Positions 1-7,417 of a stretch of DNA of 64,000 bases are shown in pieces; within the stretch, counting starts at the first letter, position 1; each line of letters begins with the position of its first letter. The stretch is from a virus. The stretch spans positions 3,830-67,829 of the IMG/VR virus record IMGVR_UViG_3300021178_000002, one strand, 5' to 3'. Both the position numbers and the translations under genes were made by a program. Under the pieces are notes generated by a model. That model did no database searches, had not been told where the DNA came from, and was given only the letters and a program-made list of their open reading frames with translations.

Positions 1-83
1 ATGGGTGAGTTCCTCCAGGTGACGGGGTGGACGGGGAAGGAGAGCCGTCCGAGGTGGGCGGCTCTCCGGGGTCAGAGGGGTGC

Positions 84-1082
84 TTAGCCGACGCTGAGCA
101 GCTGCAGGGCGCGGGCGGCGAGTTCGTCGGCGTGGCCGCCGGTGAGGGCTTCCATCCGGTTCTCTTCGGCCGTGGCGCTGTCCGTCTTGCGGCGAGTCTG
201 CAGGTGGTTGGTGTAGAAGGTCACCGCGTTGTAGGCGCCCCAGGCGGTGTCCAGCTTGTTGGCCTGCGAGGGGTGGGTCAGGTAGACCGTGTCGAGGGTG
301 TCGCGCAGGCGCAGGGCCCCAGACACCTTGCGGTCGTGCTCGGGGTCCTCGGAGGCGGGGACGGGCACCAGGGCCTCCAGGAAGGCGGTCCAGGCGCTGC
401 GGCTGAGGTGGATGCCCAGCAGCTTGGTCGCGGCCGCGATCTTGATCTCGCGCGCCTCTTCGGTCTTGCGCAGCAGGCGCGTGGCCTCAGCGATCGAGTC
501 GCGCATGTTGCGGGTGTGCTTGATCCGGAAGATCGACGAGGCACCTCCGAGTGCCATCGAGAGCGTGTTCTGGCAGACCACGACGATCTCCACGTCGGAG
601 GCCTGCAGGGCGAGCGAACCGTCGTGCGAGGTCGAGATCAGCAGGTGGCCTTTGATCTCGTCGCCGTTGGGCAGCTTGGCCGCCTCGGGGTGCTCGAAGC
701 ACATGAAGGTGCGTGAGCCCTCGCGGAGCGAACCGCCGGTGAGCACTCCCAGCCCCAGCTGGCCAAGCGCTCCACCCAGCCCGAGGAACGATTCCTCATT
801 GCTGAAGATCTCGTAGCTGGGTGCGGTCACGCCGACCGTCTTGCCATCGCCAGGGCGGTAGATCGCGACTGCCTGCGGCGCCTTGCGGAAGGTGCCTCGG
901 GCCTCGTCGCGGACGTAGAGCGGGCGCTTGGTCAGGTTCCAGTCGGCGAGTCGTGCCTTGCGCATGGCGGTGGGGATGTCCAGGATGCCCTCGAAGGGAT
1001 CGCCGAGACCGTGCCAGGGTGTCCCCTGCTTGGTCGAGTAGACGAGGCGGGCGCCGGATTCGTCGAATTCGAGTTCGTGCAT
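84..1082 (-). CDS. DUF932 family phage/plasmid protein
   Basis: TPWHGLG N-terminal motif, LLISTSHDGS, VVCQNTL, IKHTRN and TAWGAYNAVTFY motifs; GGAGG upstream. Confidence 0.85.
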   Translation of the reverse strand: MHELEFDESGARLVYSTKQGTPWHGLGDPFEGILDIPTAMRKARLADWNLTKRPLYVRDEARGTFRKAPQAVAIYRPGDGKTVGVTAPSYEIFSNEESFLGLGGALGQLGLGVLTGGSLREGSRTFMCFEHPEAAKLPNGDEIKGHLLISTSHDGSLALQASDVEIVVVCQNTLSMALGGASSIFRIKHTRNMRDSIAEATRLLRKTEEAREIKIAAATKLLGIHLSRSAWTAFLEALVPVPASEDPEHDRKVSGALRLRDTLDTVYLTHPSQANKLDTAWGAYNAVTFYTNHLQTRRKTDSATAEENRMEALTGGHADELAARALQLLSVG

Positions 1083-1148
1083 GTCGGGTGTGTCCTCCAG
1101 GTGCTCGGGGTGCCTCCCGGCCGGTGAGGGTTTTGCCCTCGGGTGTAG

Positions 1149-1177
1149 AGTCTACGCGCTTCTTATCTGTCTGTCTA
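1149..1177 (-). promoter_or_regulatory. sigma70-like promoter for the DUF932 gene
   Basis: TAGACA (1177-1172), 17 bp spacer, TAGACT (1154-1149) on the minus strand. Confidence 0.55.
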
Positions 1178-1183
1178 GGGGCA

Positions 1184-1405
1184 TCATCCTCCGAGCATGA
1201 CGTTGACGGGGTTATGAGCGTTGGCTTCGGATGTCGACCAGCCAAGCAGGATGGCACGGGCGACCGTGATTCCTCCGACTGGAGCGAACATCTTGCGGAG
1301 GGCGCTCCAGGTCGTGGCGGGGTGGTTGTGGTGATACCAGACCGTGTCGGGGCGAGTCATGCGGCGGATGCTGGCGGTCATCGGTCGGCGGTTGTGAGTG
1401 CTCAT
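1184..1405 (-). CDS. hypothetical protein
   Basis: 73 aa ORF abutting the upstream gene in a tight leftward series. Confidence 0.5.
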   Translation of the reverse strand: MSTHNRRPMTASIRRMTRPDTVWYHHNHPATTWSALRKMFAPVGGITVARAILLGWSTSEANAHNPVNVMLGG

Positions 1406-1636
1406 TCAGCGTCCCTTCAGGTATTCCCAGCTTTTCAGCTGGGCAGCTTGATCGCTGGCGCGCTGGGTCTTGGCTGCTTCGATGGCTGCGGCCATGTCGT
1501 GCATGCGGATGACGGCACCTTCGATGGTCATGACGTGGTTGGCCAAGAGACGGCCGTTGTCGTTGAAGATCTGCGCTTCCACGGTGGGCTCTCCGTCTGG
1601 GTTGCGGTGCTGTGCGCTGAAGAAGATTTTGGTCAT
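1406..1636 (-). CDS. hypothetical protein
   Basis: ATG at 1636 after GGAGG; abuts neighbours. Confidence 0.6.
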   Translation of the reverse strand: MTKIFFSAQHRNPDGEPTVEAQIFNDNGRLLANHVMTIEGAVIRMHDMAAAIEAAKTQRASDQAAQLKSWEYLKGR

Positions 1637-1637
1637 G

Positions 1638-1901
1638 TCAGGCCTCCGGCCGGTAGCGGCCGGATTCGAGGTCGCGCAGGTCCGGACCGTTGAAGACGGG
1701 GAACTGGTCATCAAGCGCGCGCTGCCAGCGTGACCAATCGTCTGGCCATGCGCCAACGATGTCCCATTCGGCGGTTGCCTTACGGCAGGCAGCTATGACG
1801 GCCGCACGGCGCTGCTTGGGGTCGGCGATGTGAAGCGCACGGGTGAGCGCGGCCTTCTGCTTGGGGTGCTGCTTGGACATGAGCGCGTAATCGATGGTCA
1901 T
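1638..1901 (-). CDS. hypothetical phage protein
   Basis: 87 aa, GAWPDDWSRWQRALDD motif, GGAGG upstream, ATGA overlap. Confidence 0.7.
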   Translation of the reverse strand: MTIDYALMSKQHPKQKAALTRALHIADPKQRRAAVIAACRKATAEWDIVGAWPDDWSRWQRALDDQFPVFNGPDLRDLESGRYRPEA

Positions 1902-2098
1902 GAGTGGTTGTCCTCCAGGCGAATGGTGCGCGGGGCCAGCGCGCGGATGGTGGCCACTGTGTAGGGGTGCTCACGCTCGAAGCGCTCGCACTCGCGGACG
2001 GCCGACATCAGGTCGGCGAACGATTCGTGAAGGTTGGCGCGGCGCTCAGCTTCACGGTTGGCGACGCGTGCGGCGATCGAGGTGCGGTTCGTGATCAT
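1898..2098 (-). CDS. hypothetical protein
   Basis: 66 aa, GGGAGG upstream, coupled to the next gene. Confidence 0.6.
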   Translation of the reverse strand: MITNRTSIAARVANREAERRANLHESFADLMSAVRECERFEREHPYTVATIRALAPRTIRLEDNHS

Positions 2099-2107
2099 GT
2101 GCCCTCC

Positions 2108-2734
2108 CTAGTGGAGCTTGAATGCAAGGCGCGCGGTGGCGCGGAGCTTGGGGCTGAAGCAGAGACCGCAGTCACTGCAGGATGCGCGCTTACCGGTCTG
2201 CTCGGGGCAATGCGCTTCGGCCGGTGCTTCGGTCCAGGCGCGAACGATGCGCGCGACTGGCCAGCCGTCCGGAGGTGTCGGCATTGTCGGATCGTGCGAT
2301 GCCCAGATCTTGACGTTGGGCATGCTGCGCAGGATGTCGAGCATGTCGCGGATGGGGCGAACGGTCCAGGATCGGGTGTACGCGTAGAACGTGAGCGCAG
2401 GGTGTACGGCCGCCAGTCGCGACCACATGCCCACGTATGCAGCGCTCACGAAGTCGCCCGAGGTGTGCAGGCGGATGACGGTACCGGCGGGCAGCTTGGC
2501 AAGCTCGGCCGTGAGCATGCGCTCCAGCTGCGCAGGATGCGCGCGCCAGAGTTCGAAGTTGGCCGCGTACTTGGCTTGGACGGAGCCGAACAGGTAGTGA
2601 CCTTTGCGCGCGTAGCAGATCGAAGCGCAGAAGGTCGAAGCGCCCGGGCAACTGGCGGCCGGACCGGCGGGCAGATCGAAGTGCAGTATGTCGCGGCCGA
2701 GCTTGGCGTTTCCGCGTGTCAGAAGCGCGCTCAT
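2108..2734 (-). CDS. Gp88 family protein (radical-SAM-like Cys cluster)
   Basis: GNAKLG...FDLPAG...CPGASTFCASICYA, IRLHTSGDF, FYAYTRSW and C-terminal CP..C..C..C; start reassigned to ATG 2734. Confidence 0.75.
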   Translation of the reverse strand: MSALLTRGNAKLGRDILHFDLPAGPAASCPGASTFCASICYARKGHYLFGSVQAKYAANFELWRAHPAQLERMLTAELAKLPAGTVIRLHTSGDFVSAAYVGMWSRLAAVHPALTFYAYTRSWTVRPIRDMLDILRSMPNVKIWASHDPTMPTPPDGWPVARIVRAWTEAPAEAHCPEQTGKRASCSDCGLCFSPKLRATARLAFKLH

Positions 2735-2928
2735 ATGCTCACCTTTGGGAAGAATCCCGTTTCGGTTTGGCCGGTTTCGTTGTGCTCGGCCGCGCGCGCT
2801 AGTGCGCTTCGGCGTCGCATGTAGGTACCGGATTTGAATCCGCACGTTTCGCATTCCATATCCCATCCGATTGGGGTTGAGGTTGTCTTGCGAACGATGA
2901 CGACGTGGCCGCGTGTGTATGTCGTCAT
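2731..2928 (-). CDS. small CxxC protein
   Basis: MTTYTRGH...CETCG; ATGA overlaps on both sides. Confidence 0.5.
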   Translation of the reverse strand: MTTYTRGHVVIVRKTTSTPIGWDMECETCGFKSGTYMRRRSALARAAEHNETGQTETGFFPKVSI

Positions 2929-3152
2929 GCTGCGAGCATCCGCATGGTTGCAAGGTCGACCGTGAGAGACGAGGTTGCGCTCGCGCAAGCTGCATAAAAG
3001 CGCTTGCGGTCGAATCGTGGATTGTCGGCCGCCAAGGTGTCCGCGATCGCGCGAACATCGGTCACCCATTGGTCTAGGTGGTGAGGCTCATCGGCGAACG
3101 GCTGAGACCGGCGGAGGGTAGAAGCGATCGAAACGTAATCACGGCGTGTCAT
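2925..3152 (-). CDS. small phage protein, first gene of the leftward operon
   Basis: DNPRFDRKRFYAAC motif typical of small phage early proteins; GAGG RBS. Confidence 0.7.
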   Translation of the reverse strand: MTRRDYVSIASTLRRSQPFADEPHHLDQWVTDVRAIADTLAADNPRFDRKRFYAACASATSSLTVDLATMRMLAA

Positions 3153-3169
3153 GTGTCCTCACTTTGGTA

Positions 3170-3748
3170 GGTGGCTGACTGCAGCAACGGCCGAGACCGT
3201 CATTAGGTGTGCTGTAGCGCTCCGTACCCTCAGATACGGCCGGACATGCACACCTAACGGCGGTGAGACCGAACGGCCGTCAGGCTTGGAACCTAACGGA
3301 CGTTGCACGCGGCCGCGAGCGCTCAAACAGGCTTGGAACCTGCGAACAGTCGCGGCCGCATGCGGTCTCAAAGGATGGGGAGAGAATCGCGCGCAGGTTT
3401 GCGGTTACCTAGTGGCCTAGGCGATGGGGAATCTGAGCCGGTACCCTGCGCGCGATGATTGGTGATCGAGGAAACGCGCGTAACGCGCGCGGTTTGAAGT
3501 GTCAGGTTTGACGGATTCGCAGCTTACCTAATGTGCCCATCGCATCGCACAGGCACGGCCGATCCAATTTCCCTTCGGATCGGCTCAGGGTGGTTTCGAG
3601 ATTCCAACGCGCGGTCTCCCAGCCTTGAACAGTGACCCAGCTACGCACGACATGTGCGGTAACGGCTGGCGTTGCTGTAGGCATTCAAGAGATACCGTTT
3701 CCCCTGACTGCTGATGGCTAGCGCCTCGCTAGCTTACGATCTGACCAT
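3170..3748 (-). ncRNA. candidate large structured non-coding RNA or 5' leader
   Basis: No credible ORF; many nested stems (3196-3212/3248-3264, 3264-3271/3363-3370, 3305-3318/3350-3363, 3386-3397/3445-3456, 3558-3565/3577-3584) and long-range closure 3179-3189/3670-3680; directly downstream of a near-consensus promoter. Confidence 0.6.
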
Positions 3749-3754
3749 GACGCC

Positions 3755-3783
3755 ACACTACACCCACCCTACACCCGTGTCAA
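3755..3783 (-). promoter_or_regulatory. leftward sigma70-like promoter
   Basis: TTGACA (3783-3778), 17 bp spacer, TAGTGT (3760-3755). Confidence 0.75.
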
Positions 3784-3797
3784 GACATTTCTTAATT

Positions 3798-3990
3798 GGG
3801 TAGCCAGGCAACCTTTAGTAGCCGACTGCCCATAGGGAGGGGAAAGACACGCGGGCACGCGCTTACCATATGTGTGGGTGTAGTGTCAATAGCCATGTGT
3901 GCAGGGTAGCCAAGCGACCATATGTAGCCTGTATAGGTAGGCTTGACATGGCCATGAGCGCAGGGGTGTATAGCCAGGCTTGACACGTTG
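3798..3990. repeat. cluster of short direct repeats between divergent promoters
   Basis: TAGCC at 3801, 3819, 3890, 3907, 3925, 3971; ACCATATGT at 3865 and 3917; GGCTTGACA at 3940 and 3977. Confidence 0.55.
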
Positions 3991-4067
3991 GCCAAAAGTT
4001 CTCGGCGCTATCCCATGGAGCATGCTAGGTCCTCCGCGCTACAAAATGAGAAACCAGGTGACCCCTG

Positions 4068-4096
4068 TTGACTCTACACCCGATCTGGAGTACCTT
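4068..4096 (+). promoter_or_regulatory. rightward sigma70-like promoter of the virion arm
   Basis: TTGACT (4068-4073), 17 bp spacer, TACCTT (4091-4096); followed by a 5' hairpin (4102-4109/4148-4155) and AAGGAGG. Confidence 0.65.
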
Positions 4097-4173
4097 GATA
4101 CGGGGTGCCGGTACAGTCCAACCGGGATCCTAGGAAGTCCGGAGACGGGCGCCCCAATCCAAGGAGGACACGC

Positions 4174-4341
4174 ATGAGAAAGTCGACATCCAAGCAGGAG
4201 TTCTTGCGCCGGCTGGAGCATCGGAGTAGTCGGTTGGGTCGGAGATGGATGCTGATGCCCGAGGGGCGCCGTGAGAAGCGTCTGGGACTCAAGGTGGCGA
4301 GGTTGGATATCCGGATCGAGGAGGTACGCAAGAAGAAGTGA
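4174..4341 (+). CDS. small basic protein
   Basis: AAGGAGG RBS, ATG 4174, Arg/Lys-rich 55 aa. Confidence 0.65.
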   Translation: MRKSTSKQEFLRRLEHRSSRLGRRWMLMPEGRREKRLGLKVARLDIRIEEVRKKK

Positions 4342-4586
4342 GCCGAGAGCTGCGCGACGCGCTGATCCTGGCCCTGATCCCGCTCGCTGCGGTGGCCTTC
4401 TCGCTCTTCGAGTGGGGCGGAATCACCAACGCGCCGTGGAGCACGATCTCCAAGTACGCCCAGGAAGACCACAGGCTAGCGATCGCCCTTCTGATCCTGC
4501 CCTGGGTCGCAGCGGCCGTGTACAGCGCCTGGTGGATCCACCACATCTGGTTTTCGTTCATCCCGCGGCTCCACCTGCTCGGGTAA
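4338..4586 (+). CDS. membrane protein
   Basis: two hydrophobic segments; GTGA overlap. Confidence 0.65.
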   Translation: MSRELRDALILALIPLAAVAFSLFEWGGITNAPWSTISKYAQEDHRLAIALLILPWVAAAVYSAWWIHHIWFSFIPRLHLLG

Positions 4587-4659
4587 GATCTCGGATGGTG
4601 CTCGCCTACCCAGGGCGGAAGGTCTCGATGAAGCGTGAAGACCACGCGAAGGAGCACCC

Positions 4660-5028
4660 GTGTCAGTAGCCCTCACCCAGGATGACATTCCGACCGCCCT
4701 CGCCAGCTGCACCGACAAGGTCATCGTCGAGGCTCGCTTTCTCCTCGTCGAAGTGGCCTCCGTTCCGAGCTGGAACGCCAGCGACTACAACACCGCCAAG
4801 GCGGTGCGGATCAAGATGAACGCGGCCAAGCACGGAACCTTCGGTAAAGCATCGCCACAGGGGGAGCTGACGATGCTGATTGGCAACCCGGGCGCCTTCA
4901 CGGTCTTCGAGGATGCCTTCGACGAGGCGGCGACGTCCGTCATGGACCCAGCGGTTCCCGGTCCCAAGATGGGCTCCAAGCGCTTCCGGATCTACATCGT
5001 CGAAGACGAGGATCAGACGCCGGCCTAG
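4660..5028 (+). CDS. hypothetical phage protein
   Basis: AAGGAG RBS; FGKASPQGELTMLIGNPGA motif. Confidence 0.7.
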   Translation: MSVALTQDDIPTALASCTDKVIVEARFLLVEVASVPSWNASDYNTAKAVRIKMNAAKHGTFGKASPQGELTMLIGNPGAFTVFEDAFDEAATSVMDPAVPGPKMGSKRFRIYIVEDEDQTPA

Positions 5029-5233
5029 CTGGAGTAATCTGAGATCAGCTCACGGCCTGGGATACACCCCCCGGGCACATAGCTCCCGAGACACTCGCAG
5101 GGATGGAGGAGTCACGAGCTAAGGCTGCGGGGGACGCCTGTCGAACGGTCGCTGCCAAAGTGGGACCGCGCCGAATCGACGAGTGAGGCGGATGATTGCC
5201 ACCGCCTCACTCCGCTACCATCACTGACTGAGC

Positions 5234-5392
5234 ATGTCGCACAAGCGCTCGAAGGCTCAGGAGACGGAGAACCAGCAGTGGATAGCCAAGCATCAGCGCG
5301 AGCGGGATGAGGCTGTCAGGAAGGCCGAGGAGCAACGCCGGAATCAGCCCGTCCCCGGCTACCGCAGGATGCCGCTGGAAGAGGATTTTTGA
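5234..5392 (+). CDS. small hypothetical protein (52 aa)
   Basis: hand-translated MSHKRSKAQETENQQW...PLEEDF; not in the ORF track. Confidence 0.45.
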   Translation: MSHKRSKAQETENQQWIAKHQRERDEAVRKAEEQRRNQPVPGYRRMPLEEDF

Positions 5393-5437
5393 CAAATAAC
5401 CGGGTTAATGATTTAACACGAGCTTCAGTGTGGAATC

Positions 5438-5698
5438 ATGGAGAGCGTGACGGCCGACGACGTTCTCAGATTCGCCGACACAGTAGGCCGCCTCAGTCCT
5501 CTGGCCGCAGTCTTCGTCGCCTGCATCCTGCTCATCTACGTCTTCTACCGGAAGTGGCTTGTGGTCGGATCGATCCACTCTGACCTGGAAGCAAGACTTG
5601 TGAAGACTGAGCAACAAAGAGACGATGCCCTCGACCTGGCTGCTAAGCTCACCGGTATTCTGGAGGCCGGACGCCGTGGCAGCTACAGAGGTCGCTGA
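5438..5698 (+). CDS. membrane protein, holin-like (TM plus coiled coil)
   Basis: one TM helix followed by KWLVVG and a charged helix. Confidence 0.6.
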   Translation: MESVTADDVLRFADTVGRLSPLAAVFVACILLIYVFYRKWLVVGSIHSDLEARLVKTEQQRDDALDLAAKLTGILEAGRRGSYRGR

Positions 5699-5699
5699 T

Positions 5700-5882
5700 G
5701 TGCGATTCCTGAGAAGGAAGAAAAGAGGCGATGAACCCGTGAAGGCAAAGGCGGCGGTAATGCAGAGCGCCGGCACGATTCACGCCGATATGCGTTTGGA
5801 GGACCTGAAAGCCCGAGTGCGCGCACTGGAGAACGTGAAGACTGTGGTCACCGTGCGCACCCGCTCCAACTCCAGCTCTTGA
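5700..5882 (+). CDS. small basic protein
   Basis: GTG 5700 after GAGG; fills the operon gap. Confidence 0.45.
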   Translation: MRFLRRKKRGDEPVKAKAAVMQSAGTIHADMRLEDLKARVRALENVKTVVTVRTRSNSSS

Positions 5883-6187
5883 TCTTCATCTCGCCGCTGC
5901 TCTTTGCCGGCGTCTCGCTGGTCGCCGCGGTACTCAACGTCGCATTTCTGTGGCGCGCTCTGGACCGCTATCGCGCGCTTCTCCTGCTCCAGACCCAGGA
6001 CCTGACGCTGAATCGCATCGGCCGCGGCTTCATCTACATCTGGGGCTTCATCGTCTTCGACGACGTGCTCCGGGTGGGGATCGGGATCGCCGTCTTCGAC
6101 CACATACCGAACGCTCTCTACCTGCTTCTTCTCGCGCCTTTCGCTTCCATCCTGGTAGCCGTCATCGGACTGCGGTCGTTTCGTTAG
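5879..6187 (+). CDS. three-TM membrane protein
   Basis: three hydrophobic segments; TTGA overlap. Confidence 0.6.
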   Translation: MIFISPLLFAGVSLVAAVLNVAFLWRALDRYRALLLLQTQDLTLNRIGRGFIYIWGFIVFDDVLRVGIGIAVFDHIPNALYLLLLAPFASILVAVIGLRSFR

Positions 6188-6200
6188 ATAATTTCCAGGG

Positions 6201-6629
6201 ATGACTCCCACCGACATCGCCCTGATTGTCGTCGCCATCATCGGCTCATCCGGATTCTCCTCGGCTGTTGCCTGGTTCCTGTCGCAACGTGCAATCAGAC
6301 AGGCTGCGAAGGACGCGAGGAAAGCACAGGCTGATCAGCTGCTCGCACAGCAATTTCAGCGTGACGCCGCAGAACATGTGTTGGAGGCGGCCAAGCTTCT
6401 GGTCGATAGTGGAGCTGTCACCAAATCCAGCCTCGACCACATCACCGAGGTGACAGAGCAGACCAAGGCCAGAGGCGAGGAGACACACGCCATCGTCAAT
6501 CACGAGCGGACGCTCATGAAGAAGCTGATCGCCACGCTGCGCCGGCAGATCGCTACTGACAACCCGAACGACGACCTGGCTCAGCTGGAAGCCCAGCAGG
6601 CCACCACAGAAGCCGCTGAGGCACAATGA
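6201..6629 (+). CDS. membrane-anchored coiled-coil protein
   Basis: N-terminal TM (IVVAIIGSSGFSSAVAWF) then helical Ala/Gln-rich body. Confidence 0.65.
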   Translation: MTPTDIALIVVAIIGSSGFSSAVAWFLSQRAIRQAAKDARKAQADQLLAQQFQRDAAEHVLEAAKLLVDSGAVTKSSLDHITEVTEQTKARGEETHAIVNHERTLMKKLIATLRRQIATDNPNDDLAQLEAQQATTEAAEAQ

Positions 6630-6633
6630 GCCG

Positions 6634-7110
6634 ATGGATGTATCAGCGCCACTTCAACTCCTCCCCAGTTGGGGCCATCTCTTTCAGGGAGCCGCGGCCG
6701 ACGACGGCATTCTGAAGATCGAAAAGCGGCTCTGGGTTGTCTGCATGAACTACGGCGAGATCGACGACACCTGGATCGACCACGACAACGTCTCCGGGCT
6801 CACCGTGGTGGCCATCAACGACGCGGCTGCAGCCGTCCTACCGGATCAGCAGGTCTTCGCGCAGACCGAGATGGCGATTAGCTGGATGTCGCGTGGGTTG
6901 CCCTTGATCGGTCACTGCGGTGCCGGCGTCTCACGCGCGTCGTATCACAACCTGCCCGTGATCATGCATGCCAAGCAGCTCGGCTTCGATGCCGCCCTGG
7001 CCCTGCTGCGCACCGTGCGGCCTCAGGCTTCTCCGAACTCCGGCTTCGAGGCTCACCTGCGCCGTCTTGAGCCCTGGCTGACAGCTCCTGTGCTGCCCAA
7101 CGGTCAGTGA
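6634..7110 (+). CDS. dual-specificity/tyrosine phosphatase family protein
   Basis: HCGAGVSRA (CX5R loop) and C-terminal RPQASPNSGF motif. Confidence 0.85.
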   Translation: MDVSAPLQLLPSWGHLFQGAAADDGILKIEKRLWVVCMNYGEIDDTWIDHDNVSGLTVVAINDAAAAVLPDQQVFAQTEMAISWMSRGLPLIGHCGAGVSRASYHNLPVIMHAKQLGFDAALALLRTVRPQASPNSGFEAHLRRLEPWLTAPVLPNGQ

Positions 7111-7214
7111 CGTTCTGGGACTGGCTGCTGGTCGCGGCAGGCATCCTGCCACCAGTGATCCTCATCGGCTACATGCTCTACAAAATCATCAAGGGAAGCG
7201 CAGAGATCGGTTGA
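7107..7214 (+). CDS. small membrane peptide
   Basis: hand-translated 35 aa, one TM; GTGA overlap. Confidence 0.45.
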   Translation: MTFWDWLLVAAGILPPVILIGYMLYKIIKGSAEIG

Positions 7215-7230
7215 GGGGTAGGATGCGGCC

Positions 7231-7404
7231 ATGAGATTTATTGTCGGCGTCCTGATCGTCATCGCAATCATCTGCGGCTTCCTGATGCTGGTGTCGTCGG
7301 CAGCGTTGGGAACGTGGACGGAGCACCTGCCCGCCATCGCCGTTCTCTGTCTGGGCTTTGCGCTCGGAATCTTGGCGTTCGGCAGTGGAGTGAACAAGCT
7401 CTAA
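7231..7404 (+). CDS. small two-TM protein, probably leaderless
   Basis: hand-translated MRFIVGVLIVIAII...; TAGGAT 6 nt before the ATG. Confidence 0.55.
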   Translation: MRFIVGVLIVIAIICGFLMLVSSAALGTWTEHLPAIAVLCLGFALGILAFGSGVNKL

Positions 7405-7417
7405 GCTTCACAGCAGC

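Noticed and set aside
3281-3341. CAGGCTTGGAACCT direct repeat as a mini CRISPR array
   Set aside because: Only two 14 bp copies, each capping a hairpin inside a larger fold; no cas operon, and the Cas4-like gene sits in an ordinary recombination module
3170-3748. tRNA, tmRNA, RNase P or group I/II intron identity for the structured region
   Set aside because: No cloverleaf or acceptor stem with CCA, no GAGGAAAGUCC core, no recognisable intron core, and it does not interrupt a gene; judged by eye only
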